A stretch of 64,000 nucleotides of DNA from Vicinamibacterales bacterium. Lineage in GTDB: Bacteria; Acidobacteriota; Vicinamibacteria; Vicinamibacterales; UBA8438. The notes under the pieces were generated by a model. That model worked only from the letters and a program-made list of their open reading frames with translations, made no database searches and had not been told where the DNA came from. The position numbers and the translations under genes are program-made. Of this stretch, positions 31,770 to 41,065 are shown piece by piece; position 1 is the stretch's first letter, and each line of letters begins with the position of its first letter. The stretch spans positions 6,310,815-6,374,814 of the forward strand of contig OZ244976.1 in the NCBI GenBank assembly GCA_965222905.1, given 5' to 3'.

Positions 31770-33290
31770 GGGGTGCGGATCTGAAAGTGTAACATGGGGT
31801 TTGAGCCGGCCAGCGGCTTTTCCAAGCTCACGCCGCCTCAAGATGAAGCATGGACCGTTTCAGCCCCCACACCCGCCTCAGGCGCTCCCAGCAGCCCCGC
31901 CAGCGCCCGATCAGACCGTAAATCGCCGACAAAGCCCGCCCCTGCAGGCTCCGGGGCGTACCAACGCCGGTCTGCCGGCGCAGGAGCAGCCCGATGTTGC
32001 AGGCGGCCGCCTGGATCAGCACGCGCTTGCGGACATTGTCGTGGCCGCGCACCCAGACCCGACGCATACCGCCCGTCTCATACATGTGCGCGAAAGTACG
32101 CTCCACCACTTCGCCTCGGCGGCGTTGCAGGCGACGACCCCGCCGCCCCCGCACACGCCGGCGGTTCGCATACAACGCTTTCTGCGCAGCACGCTTCTCC
32201 GGCGGCGTCTCGCCCGTCTTCTTGTCCTGCCAGCAGCGACGGCCGCGCTCCGGCTCCGATACGTGACTCCGAACCCCTACCTCGCCGAGCCCCACCAACG
32301 TCTCGTCGCTGTGATAGCCCTTGTCGGCCACCACCTCTTCGACCCCCGCGCCCTCCGGCTGCACCGCTTCAACCTGTTCGGCCGCCATGATCAGCGTCTC
32401 CGGCAGCGTGGCCGTATCACCGTCCGATGCATCCTGCACCGTCACCGAGACGATGGCGCCCGTGTCCATGTCGACCCCGTGCTCGGCCTTGTGAGCCAAG
32501 TGCGTCCGACCGTCCTTCATCTTCGCGATCTTCGCGTCAGGATCCTGCGGCGATTTCCACTCCTTGTTCGACGTCTTCTTGTTCTTCCGAGACCGGTCGA
32601 ACCGAGCCAGCTCCGCACGCGTCGGCGTCTCCACACCCGACGCTTCCGCCAACCGCCGAATGAACGCCTCGTTCGATTCCCCCGTGTCCCGCCGCTCGAT
32701 GCTCCGCATCGCCGCGTTCGCTTCCAGCGTCGTCGCATCGATGCCGACCGTCTTCCCGACGACCAGACCCGCTTCAGACAGTCGCTCCAGAACCCACGTG
32801 AACACCGCTTCGTGCGTTTCCACGTCGATCAACCGGCGCGTCCGCGACAACGTCGAGTGATCCGGCGCCGACTCGCTCAACTCCAGGTCCAGGAACGACC
32901 GCAGGCTCAGTGAATCGGCCACCCGCCACGCAATCCCCCGCTCCGAAGACAGGCCCTCGAAGTAGCCGATCAACAGCATCCGGAAATACCGCCCAGGACG
33001 CAGACTCGGCCGTCCCAGCCGCGCCGCGTAGAAGGCCGAGCACAACCCTTCCACGAACGCGTCGAACCCGCAGTCCTCCAGGACCCGATTCAGGCGCTCG
33101 AAGAAGGGATGACCGTCGCTCGTCGGAAGGTCCGCCGTTTCCACCCACAGCGGCGACGCTTGGCGCGCCACCGGTCTCTTGCCCATCGCCATGCCGTGCA
33201 GTCTACGGGGTTCGGCCGCGCCGGGGCCAGGCCGAATCCGCGACTTTCGCCACGGGCTGGTAGCCGCCCTCCGCACGATCGAGGGTCAGA
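31770..33290 (-). mobile_element. IS5/IS1182-like insertion sequence (boundaries approximate)
   Basis: Single transposase gene lying between the truncated permease and the truncated PadR gene. Only a weak 7-nt terminal match (GTGCGGA) was seen, so the ends are not resolved. Confidence 0.65.
31828..33192 (-). CDS. IS5/IS1182-family DDE transposase
   Basis: MAMGKRP...HPFFERLNRVLEDCGFDAFVEGLC...RPGRYFRMLLIGYFEGLSSERGIAWRVADSLSLRSFL (InsH-type N-domain) ...VGIDATTLEANAAMRSI...VVADKGYHSDE...GMRRVWVRGHDNVRKRVLIQAAACNIGLLLR. Confidence 0.85.
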   Translation of the reverse strand: MAMGKRPVARQASPLWVETADLPTSDGHPFFERLNRVLEDCGFDAFVEGLCSAFYAARLGRPSLRPGRYFRMLLIGYFEGLSSERGIAWRVADSLSLRSFLDLELSESAPDHSTLSRTRRLIDVETHEAVFTWVLERLSEAGLVVGKTVGIDATTLEANAAMRSIERRDTGESNEAFIRRLAEASGVETPTRAELARFDRSRKNKKTSNKEWKSPQDPDAKIAKMKDGRTHLAHKAEHGVDMDTGAIVSVTVQDASDGDTATLPETLIMAAEQVEAVQPEGAGVEEVVADKGYHSDETLVGLGEVGVRSHVSEPERGRRCWQDKKTGETPPEKRAAQKALYANRRRVRGRRGRRLQRRRGEVVERTFAHMYETGGMRRVWVRGHDNVRKRVLIQAAACNIGLLLRRQTGVGTPRSLQGRALSAIYGLIGRWRGCWERLRRVWGLKRSMLHLEAA

Positions 33291-33471
33291 TAGCTCCGGG
33301 CCAACTGCAGCGCACTGTCCCTTCGTTGAGCTGCAGCATGTCGTCGCTGATCTGCTCGATGCGGCGGGCGATCCCGTACCCGTGCTGCGGTCCCATCACG
33401 GCAAGCGTCTTGAGCACCATCAGGTCCAAGGTGCCCTGCAGCACGTCGGTCCGGCCTTCTCCTATGGTCAT
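33286..33471 (-). pseudogene. PadR-family regulator, N-terminal fragment
   Basis: MTIGEGRTDVLQGTLDLMVLKTLAVMGPQHGYGIARRIEQISDDMLQLNEGT then homology breaks at the IS junction. Confidence 0.7.
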
Positions 33472-34377
33472 CGCATAGGAGTTTCGCGCGAAACGGCGCC
33501 AGCTGTCAACCACGCGTCGATGACCGGCTCTGCGACGGATGGTCTCGGGCCATGGTCGTGACACGCAAGTCTGGGGAGCTGCCGGGGCGGACCCTGGTGT
33601 AGAAGCTTCCGCCGAGAGCTGGGCCATGATGGGGCCAAACCTTGTCTACGTCCTGACCGGGCGGGGTCAGCTACCGCATTCCAGACCGGACGAGCGGCGA
33701 CGGCGTCCCTGTCTGACGACCTCGAGTCTCCAGGGCGCTGACGGCGCGCCCGGCGCTCGCTGAAGCGTGGAGTTCGGTGCGGAAGCCGCCAACTTCGGAT
33801 AACCGCCTTGTTGCCAATGGGATTTCATGAACACCCACGCGTGGCCATGACCAATTCCGGGTGCAATTCCGGTCGGGATTCTACGAGACCACCTGGGACG
33901 GCTACGGAACGGCACAGGGATCCTCATACGTGACGCGTCGATGAGCCATCTGGTCGGCGCCATCTCAATCGAGGATCTCGTGCTCGTCGCGCAGAACGCC
34001 CGAGCGGGCGACGACGCAGCGAGCGTCGTCGGGTTCTATGCCGTTGGTCGCATCGAACGGCGGGGGCGGGCCGCCGGTCGCCGTCCGCCGGGTCGGCGTC
34101 AACGTGAACGGTTCATCTCGTGCGCTTGCGGGGCCATCGTTGGAGATACCCCTGGGGCCCCCTGGGGCAGCGATTTCTCGCGGGTCATCCGCGTGCCGTA
34201 CTCGTTCGTGGTAGCTGTAACTCTCTATTAGGGAAGCGGTTGCGGTCGTTCCGCGAAGACTGCCAGCCGGAACTGCCAGCCGAACCTGTCGACGAATCGA
34301 CGCTCGACGTTGCTGCTCTTGTCGGGGTGCGCGCCCAGGTGCGCGCCCCGCCCGACCTGTTACCTTTGCCCGCGGCG

Positions 34378-34830
34378 CTATCGTTGTCCCGGGTTATCCG
34401 GCCACGTCTGCAGACCCGCGGTGCCTGCGGCCCCGCGCAGCTGGTTGTCGAAGCACGCAAACATCACGTCGTCGCCCAGCGGGGCGATTGTGTCCTGACA
34501 GGTCAGGGCTGCCGCGAGTTGCACCGCATCGTACGCCCGTAGCTCGTGGGTCCACGCGAGCGTGTCTGCTCGCGTCAGCAGCGCGTTCGTGATCGGGACT
34601 CTGCCCAGGTCCTGCCATTCCTGCAGGAACTTGTCGTGTGCCTGCCGTGCTTCGTCGCGGGTCAGTCGACCTTCCCGGCGCGCTCTGGCGAGTGCCGCTG
34701 CGATTTCGGTTTGGGTGATCACCGCCGTTCCGGCGGCCGGTGTGTCGTTCATCAAGGCCATGACGTCTTCCGAGCGAGCCTCGGCGACGTAGCGCTTCAC
34801 GAGCGCGCTCGTATCGAGATAGAGGAACAT
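34378..34830 (-). CDS. vapC: PIN-domain toxin VapC
   Basis: MFLYLDTSALVKRYVAE...AYDAVQLAAAL (PIN acidic residues D6, E, D). Start overlaps the antitoxin stop (TGATG). Confidence 0.8.
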   Translation of the reverse strand: MFLYLDTSALVKRYVAEARSEDVMALMNDTPAAGTAVITQTEIAAALARARREGRLTRDEARQAHDKFLQEWQDLGRVPITNALLTRADTLAWTHELRAYDAVQLAAALTCQDTIAPLGDDVMFACFDNQLRGAAGTAGLQTWPDNPGQR

Positions 34831-35111
34831 CAGCTGCGGTTTTCGATGACCAGATCGCTGACGCTGCCCGCCCCGCGGACGCGGACGCTCGGCTTCGTTT
34901 TCTTCAACCGGCGCCCGCTCCACATGATCGTGCCAGCGCTCCTCAGCGCTGCGAGCGTCTGCTCGCTGGAGTCCGTCTGTGGGACGATGCGCGCCACTTG
35001 CCGCCCGTGGTCGGTCACGACGATAGTCGTCCCCGCCCTGACTTCTTCCAAGTACTTGCTCAGCCTCGATCGCAGGTCTCGAATCCCCACGCGTCGCTCT
35101 CGCATTGTCAT
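34830..35111 (-). CDS. Phd/YefM-type antitoxin
   Basis: 93 aa MTMRERRVGIRDLRSRLSKYLEEVRAGTTIVVTDHGRQVARIVP; typical antitoxin N-domain directly upstream of vapC. Confidence 0.75.
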   Translation of the reverse strand: MTMRERRVGIRDLRSRLSKYLEEVRAGTTIVVTDHGRQVARIVPQTDSSEQTLAALRSAGTIMWSGRRLKKTKPSVRVRGAGSVSDLVIENRS

Positions 35112-35203
35112 TTCCTCGGCCCCGATCGAATCGGGCTGCGCATCGTCTACCCTTGCGGTCGGTCGGCTCGCTCGCATCGCTGCGATGATATTCCTGTTCT
35201 CGG

Positions 35204-35660
35204 TTACGGGGAAGCGTTCTCGTTGGCTTTGTCGCCCTTGCGCAGCCGCTTGATCGCCTTGCGCTGTTTCTTCAGGTCTTTCGGCGCGTAGAGTTTCGTG
35301 GTCTCTGCGTTCGTATGTCCGTACATGTCCTGGATGTCGGCGATGTCGGCGCCGCTCCGTCGCAGGCCGAAGGCGAAGCTGTGCCGGATCTGGTACGTTG
35401 TGAACCGCTTCACCCCGGCCATCTCGGCTGCCTTGGTCAGTGCCTTGTTGGCCGGCTGGGTCTTCCATTCGCCGAAGGCGTCCGTGTCGATGAACTGGCG
35501 GGCTGCGCTGAGCCCTTCTTCCACCAGTGGGATCGAGGCGGTGCGTCCGCCCTTCCCGCGGGGCACGATGATGTGGGGAATCGGCTCATTCAGGTGGAAG
35601 TTGTCCAGCGTCAGCCGTCCCATCACCGACGGCCTCATTCCGGTCCAGTGCATCAGGTGG
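35204..35660 (-). pseudogene. tyrosine recombinase C-terminal fragment (truncated by IS3)
   Basis: HWTGMRPSVMGRLTLDNF...IIVPRGKGGRTASIPL...FTTYQIRHSFAFGLRRSGADIADIQDMYGHTNAETTKLYA (R, HxxR, H, Y). N-terminal half replaced by the IS3 left end at 35661. Confidence 0.75.
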
Positions 35661-35726
35661 TGAGGTGGTCCCGCTTTTTCGGACCACTGGCTAAGGTGTA
35701 TTCCAGAGCCTGGAGGAGGCACTGGG

Positions 35727-36014
35727 ATGACGACGAAACGACGGCGGCAGTTCACCGCGAACTTCAAGAAACGGGTGGCGCTCGAGGCGCTGCGCGGGGA
35801 CCGCACGGTGCAGGCGATCGCGGCCAAGCACGAGGTTCATCCGAACCAGGTGGGCGCGTGGAAGCGCCAAGCGGCCGACGGGCTGGAGGATGTCTTCGCT
35901 GGCGGCAGAGCATCGCGCGACTCCGAGCACGAGGCGACGATCCGGGACTTGCACGCGAAGATCGGCGAGTTGACGGTGGAGCGGGATTTTTTTCTGCGCG
36001 GCTTGCAACGCTGA
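35727..36014 (+). CDS. IS3-family transposase OrfA (HTH)
   Basis: 95 aa MTTKRRRQFTANFKKRVALEALRGDRTVQAIAAKHEVHPNQVGAWKRQ...LHAKIGELTVERDFF. Confidence 0.85.
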   Translation: MTTKRRRQFTANFKKRVALEALRGDRTVQAIAAKHEVHPNQVGAWKRQAADGLEDVFAGGRASRDSEHEATIRDLHAKIGELTVERDFFLRGLQR

Positions 36015-36847
36015 GCCGCGCCGCACGCCTGGAGCTGGTCGAGCGGGGCGGCGAGTTGAGCATCCGGCGCCAGTGCGCGTTGCTCGGCATCAACCGCTCG
36101 TCGGTGTACTACACGCCGCGGGAAGAGCGCGCGGAGAACTTGGCCTTGATGCGGCGGATGGACGAATTGTCGCTGCAGTACCCGTTCTACGGCAGCCGGC
36201 AGATGGCGCGCCACCTGGGACGCGAGGGCGTGTCGGTGGGGCGGCGCCGGGTCCGCCGGCTGATGCGTCTGATGGGGCTGGAAGCGGTCTACCGCAAGCC
36301 GCGCACGAGCGCCGCGCAGCCGGGTCACCGCATCTATCCGTATCTGCTTCGAGAGCTGACGATAGAGCGCCCGGACCAGGTCTGGTGCGCCGACATCACC
36401 TACATCCCGGTGACGGCGGGCTTCCTGTACCTGGTCGCGGTCATGGACTGGGCCAGCCGTCACGTGCTGGCCTGGCGACTGTCGAACACGATGGACACCG
36501 GCTTCTGCATCGAGGCGCTGGAAGCGGCGCTTCGGACGGGCACGCCCGAGATCTTCAACACCGATCAGGGAGCGCAGTTTACCAGCGCGGCGTTCACCGA
36601 GCGGGTGCTGGCGGCGGGGGCGCGATGCTCGATGGACGGCCGCGGGCGGTGCCTGGACAACGTCTTCATCGAGCGGCTGTGGCGGTCGCTGAAGTACGAA
36701 GCGGTGTATCTGCACGAGTTGGCCGATGGGTTCGAGGCCGAGCGGGTGATCGGGACCTGGATGACGTTCTACAGCGACGTACGTCCGCACTCGGCGCTCG
36801 GGGGTCGCACGCCGGCCGAGGCCTACGGCGAGGAGCGTGCAGCGTGA
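35990..36847 (+). CDS. IS3-family transposase OrfB (DDE integrase domain, via -1 frameshift)
   Basis: -1 frame after the TTTTTTT run at 35987-35993: LSIRRQCALLGINRSSVYY...DQVWCADITYIPVTAGFLYLVAVMDWASRHVLAW...FNTDQGAQFTSAAF...MDGRGRCLDNVFIERLWRSLKYE. Confidence 0.85.
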   Translation, partial: FSARLATLSRAARLELVERGGELSIRRQCALLGINRSSVYYTPREERAENLALMRRMDELSLQYPFYGSRQMARHLGREGVSVGRRRVRRLMRLMGLEAVYRKPRTSAAQPGHRIYPYLLRELTIERPDQVWCADITYIPVTAGFLYLVAVMDWASRHVLAWRLSNTMDTGFCIEALEAALRTGTPEIFNTDQGAQFTSAAFTERVLAAGARCSMDGRGRCLDNVFIERLWRSLKYEAVYLHELADGFEAERVIGTWMTFYSDVRPHSALGGRTPAEAYGEERAA

Positions 36848-37337
36848 ACATGTCAGCGGCGTGCAGCGCTTTGGACGCGCTCGACCGGCGGATGGTCCAG
36901 GTGACGCCGCTCGGCATCCAGGGCGAAGGCTGCCGGTTCGGCGAGAAGACGCACAGGGTGCTCGACCGCCGGCCTGGAGCTGACAGCCCTCGCCGTCAGG
37001 CGGCACTGCCAGCGTCCCGTCGCCGTTACGTTACGGTGCTACAAGGAGAGGGAAGCCTCCGAAGGCGGCCCCCTTCGTGCACCGCATGTTCGGCATCGAG
37101 CAGGGGCTCAACGAGCTCGACCACGGCCGAGAACACGCTCGGCACGTCACCGCCGGAGTCGTGCTCGGTTTCGGACCGAAGACGCTCAGCAGCGCGAGGA
37201 GCGCGCGAAATTCGGTCGCGGCAGATCCGGTCGCAGTGGCTGGTTACGTAACCGCGGCACAATGCAATCGGGACGCCCCTGACCGCGGCGCAAATGCCGA
37301 AAAACAGCGCCGGCGGCGCGAGCGGCGCGCGGCCGGC

Positions 37338-37490
37338 GGTCGCTGAAGTACGAAGCTGTGTATCCGTACGAGTTGGTCGACGGGTTCGAGGCCGAGCGGG
37401 TGATCGGGACCTGGATGACGTTCTACAGCGACGTACGTCCGCACTCGGCGCACGCCGGCCGAGGCCTACGGCGAGGAGCGGGCAGCGTGA
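37338..37490 (+). pseudogene. second IS3 orfB 3'-end fragment
   Basis: Near-copy of 36690-36847 (LKYEAVYPYELVDGFEAERVIGTWMTFYSDVRPHSA...) with an ~11-bp deletion near the end; no upstream part. Confidence 0.75.
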
Positions 37491-37591
37491 CGGCATCAAC
37501 CTCGTCTACGCTGCGACCCACCACTGCGGGGACCCTCGTCGCGGGATTCCCGCGCGGCCGTTTCTCGGCGTCTCCAGGGACGCGCGTGCTG

Positions 37592-37987
37592 TCATTCTCC
37601 AGAGCATCGTCGACCATCTCGCCCGCTGACGCGCTTCGCGGACCCGGCCCGCTCGGCGCGCGCGAGGGCGCGGGGGACGTCGCCGCCGGCTGCATCGAGC
37701 GCTCGGCGCGCCCGCTCCCAGTCGCCGGCGCAGGCCTTGACCAGGCGGCGCAACGCCTCGTCTGTGGCGCAGCGCCGCGCGCGGTCCTCGACGGCCACCT
37801 GATCGCACGTCAGGCAGATCGAGCGGTCGACGTGGCAGACGGGACAGGTCCGGCGTCGTCCAGGACGCCATACCCGACCGCAGAGGCAGGCAGGCCCGCA
37901 GGTGCTTCGTGCGCCAGTCGCCGCGGCGCTTTCGTCCCCTCCCCCGGACCCCCTCCCGGGGCTCGCCGCCGCGCTTCGCGGACTCAC
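37592..37987 (-). CDS. hypothetical protein with Cys-rich zinc-ribbon-like region and UBA/TS-N-like helix bundle
   Basis: GTG-start 131-aa ORF with strong GC3. TCGPACLCGRVWRPGRRRTCPVCHVDRSICLTCDQ followed by DEALRRLVKACAGDWERARRALDAAGGDVPRAL. Family not recognised. Confidence 0.4.
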   Translation of the reverse strand: MSPRSAAASPGRGSGGGDESAAATGARSTCGPACLCGRVWRPGRRRTCPVCHVDRSICLTCDQVAVEDRARRCATDEALRRLVKACAGDWERARRALDAAGGDVPRALARAERAGSAKRVSGRDGRRCSGE

Positions 37988-38194
37988 TCATGAGGCCGCA
38001 AGATTCCCACAGCTCATCATCATCTATGATCAGAAACGAGGCCCTCGAATGGTCCAAACGACCGGGACCACCTCAGACCTCGGCCGCCTTTGTCGCGTGC
38101 TCGCGCACGACGACCGCACGATTGCGAGCCGGTCATTCCATATTGTCTAACCACGACCTACGACCGGACGCCGACCGGACAATCCGGAGACGCA

Positions 38195-39844
38195 ATGACG
38201 CCTCACGAGTTCATCGCGAAGTGGCGGGCCTCAGAACTCAAGGAGCGCTCCGCGTCCCAAGAGCACTTCATCGACCTGTGCAAGCTGCTCGGCGAGCCGA
38301 CGCCGGCCGAAGCCGACCCGGCCGGCGACACCTACTGCTTCGAGCGGGGCGCCCGGAAGGACACCGGCGGCGACGGCTGGGCGGATGTCTGGAAGCGCCA
38401 CCACTTCGCCTGGGAGTACAAGGGGCGGCGCGCCAATCTCGACGCCGCGTTCGGGCAGCTCCGGCAGTACGCGCTGGCGCTAGAGAACCCGCCGCTGCTG
38501 ATCGTCTCCGACATGGTGCGGTTCCGGATCCGCACCAACTGGACGAACAGCGTTAGCCGGACCCACGAGTTCGAGCTCGACGACTTGGCCGATGCCGCGA
38601 CCCGCGACCGGCTGAAGTGGGCGTTCTCCGACCCCGAGCGTCTACGGCCGGGCGAGACCCGGCAGTCGCTCACCGAGCGGGTGGCGGCGTCGTTCGCGTC
38701 CGTCGCCCAGGCGCTCCGTGAACGGGGGCACGACCCTCAGGCGGTCGCCCACTTCGTCAACCGACTGGTGTTCTGCATGTTCGCCGACGATGTCGGCCTG
38801 CTGCCGGACAACATGTTCACGCGGATGCTGCGCCATGCCCTGCCCGCCCCAACACGGTTCGGTGAGCTCGCTGGCGAGCTCTTCCGGGCGATGGCGGCCG
38901 GCGGCCGCGTCGGCTTCGAGACGGTGGACTGGTTCAACGGCAGCCTGTTCAACGACGACACTACGCTGCCGCTGGAGAAGACCGACATCGCGGCCGTGCT
39001 CGCGGCGTCCGACCTCGACTGGTCCGAGATCGACCCATCGATCCTCGGCACGCTGTTCGAGCGCGGGCTCGATCCGGACAAGCGCGCCCAGCTCGGGGCC
39101 CACTACACCGACCGGGGAAAGATCATGCTGCTCGTCGAACCGGTGGTCGTCAGGCCGCTGGTCGCCGAGTGGAACAGGGAAAAGGCCGAGATCGCGGCCG
39201 AGCTGGAACGGGCCGAAGCCGCCACGTCTCGCTCCGCCCGCACTAAGCGCTTGAACGACGCCGAACGGCGGTACAGCGCGTTCCTTAACCGCCTGCGTGG
39301 GTTCACGGTGCTCGACCCCGCCTGCGGGTCGGGAAACTTCCTGTACCTCGCCCTGCAGGCGCTCAAGAACCTCGAGCACCGCGTCCAGATCGAGGCCGAG
39401 GCGCTGGGGTTCCAGCGGGCATTCCCTGAGGTCGGCCCGGGCAACGTCAAAGGCATCGAGATCAACCCCTATGCGGCGGAGCTCGCGCGCGTGTCGGTCT
39501 GGATCGGCGAGATCCAGTGGATGCGTCGCAACGGGTTCGGGGAGGCGAGGGACCCGATCCTGAAGCCCCTTGACACCATCGAGTCCCGGGACGCGATCCT
39601 GACGCCGGACGGCCTCGAACCGGAGTGGCCGAACGCAGATGTTGTCATCGGAAACCCGCCCTTTCTCGGTGCCGGACTTCAGATTGCCAAACTCGGCGAG
39701 GACTACGTGTCTCGAATCCGACGAGCCTACAGCGGGCGCGTGCCAGGAGGCGCAGATCTCGTCTGCTACTGGTTTGCCAAGGCGGGCACACAAATGGGAG
39801 TCGGCGGAGCCACGCGGACGGGCCTCGTTGCGACGAATTCAATT
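38195..39844 (+). pseudogene. MmeI-family type IIG restriction-modification enzyme, 5' part (IS-disrupted)
   Basis: MTPHEFIAKWRASELKERSASQEHFIDLC...GWADVWKRHHFAWEYKGRR (N-terminal nuclease D...EXK); FTVLDPACGSGNFLY (SAM motif I); VVIGNPPFLG (motif IV). Reading frame broken at 39845 by the IS end. Confidence 0.88.
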
Positions 39845-40293
39845 GGGTGCGGCTCTTTTTCATAGATTGCTATCTCGCTCATTCATAAGGGTTTATGTCC
39901 GAGGACACTCCCTCTTCAGTGCGTTTTGAGGGGTGACAGCGTCCGGCGAGCGCCCCATCCGCCTCTTTTCGGGCCGCCGCCCGACCCGACCACGACGCCG
40001 GCACGCGCCGGTCCCCCTCAGGCGCGCTCCCTTCTGGACATTCGCGGGGTGCGGCTCTTCATAGAGGATTTTTCGCCCTATTCATGGGCTCTTTTGCCCG
40101 CGGATGCGTCTCCCCAGTGGCCATTTCGGGAGGGACATCAAGCAGGCCAGCGCGTACCGGCGTCTTTTCGGCAGCCAGCCGAGCCTCGTCACGGCGCCGA
40201 ACACCTTCGGTCTTCTCCCCGACAGGCGCGCTCCCTTCTGGACATTCGCGCGGCGTTCTGGTACGGTGCCGTGGGAAGGGAGGCAGGCCTGCG

Positions 40294-41000
40294 ATGGCTG
40301 TGACGACAGGATTCCAGGGACGTACATTCGACGTGCCCCGAACCGGCGTCCCGTGCATCGATCCCCCGAGGCGAGCCCCGTGCGCAGCGGCCGATGCTGT
40401 CTTCGCGGATGCCAAAGCCTTCCTTTCGTCCAGCGAAGCCCGGCAGATGAGCGAGAGCGAACTCGAACGGGAACTGCACCGGCGGGGCCAGGAGTTGGTG
40501 CGCAAGCTCCTGCAAGGACATCGCGACCAACGCAGCCCGAAAGAGGCTGCTGGTCCGGCCGAGGGCAAGGGCACCAGCGGTGTCGAGTGCTCGGAGCCGC
40601 GCGAGCACGAAAGCCACGCCGAAACGGCCTCCGGCACGATGCAGGTTGTGGGTCTGGGCTGCGCGCGGCGCGGTCACGACGGCTTGCATCGGCTCGATGC
40701 CGCGCTGAACCTGCTGCCGGAGCGCTACTGGGTCGAGATGCGCCGCCGCGTGACCATCGCGACCGCCTCGCGGGCACCGCCGCGTACGCCCTGGAAGCCA
40801 CCGTGGTACTCGACATCATCCACGTGGCAGCGGCGACGCGGCGTGCGGTGCTCGTCGCCGGCTCATCGAAGGGCCTGTCGGCATTTGGTCCGCGATCCGA
40901 TGGGAGCCGACCGGCGCACGGTGACACTTGGCTCCAGTTGCGGCGGTCCGCAGCCGCCGCGGGTAGCCGGAGCCTGGATGCGTACTGAGGAAGAACCTGG
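40294..41000 (+). pseudogene. degenerate internal copy of the same transposase family
   Basis: FADAKAFLSSSEARQMSESELERELHRRGQELVRKLLQGHRDQRSP... parallels residues ~25-130 of the intact copy. Then come large deletions and frame changes (VVLDIIHV.., ACRHLVRDPM..). A second left-end copy GGGTGCGGCTCTTCATAGAGG at 40045 precedes it. Confidence 0.7.
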
Positions 41001-41065
41001 CCAGCGCGGTGCTGGCGCGCGGCCTGGACAAGCGGCGGTTACGGGGGTTACGGGAGCGTTGAGCC

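Larger units (their letters stand above)
35661..36900 (+). mobile_element. IS3-family insertion sequence (right end not resolved)
   Basis: Left end TGAGGTGGTCCCGCTTTTTCGGACCACTGGCTAAGGTG begins with TG. orfA and orfB are present with a T7 slippery run. The matching right IR was not found after the orfB stop. Confidence 0.7.

Noticed and set aside
33640-34377. ORFs 33667..33963 (-), 33941..34231 (+), 34120..34542 (+)
   Set aside because: No RBS, no motifs, mutually overlapping frames and mixed composition. Treated as non-coding or decayed spacer between the PadR fragment and vapC.
35315-36847. 510-aa ORF suggesting a single long IS3 transposase
   Set aside because: The first ~220 codons are antisense to the integrase fragment or out of frame over orfA. 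The real product is OrfA plus OrfB joined by a -1 frameshift at the T7 run (35987-35993).
36848-36960. Right inverted repeat of the IS3 element
   Set aside because: The expected sequence (reverse complement of TGAGGTGGTCCCGCTTTTTCGGACCAC) is not present after either orfB stop (36847 or 37490). The right boundary is therefore left approximate.
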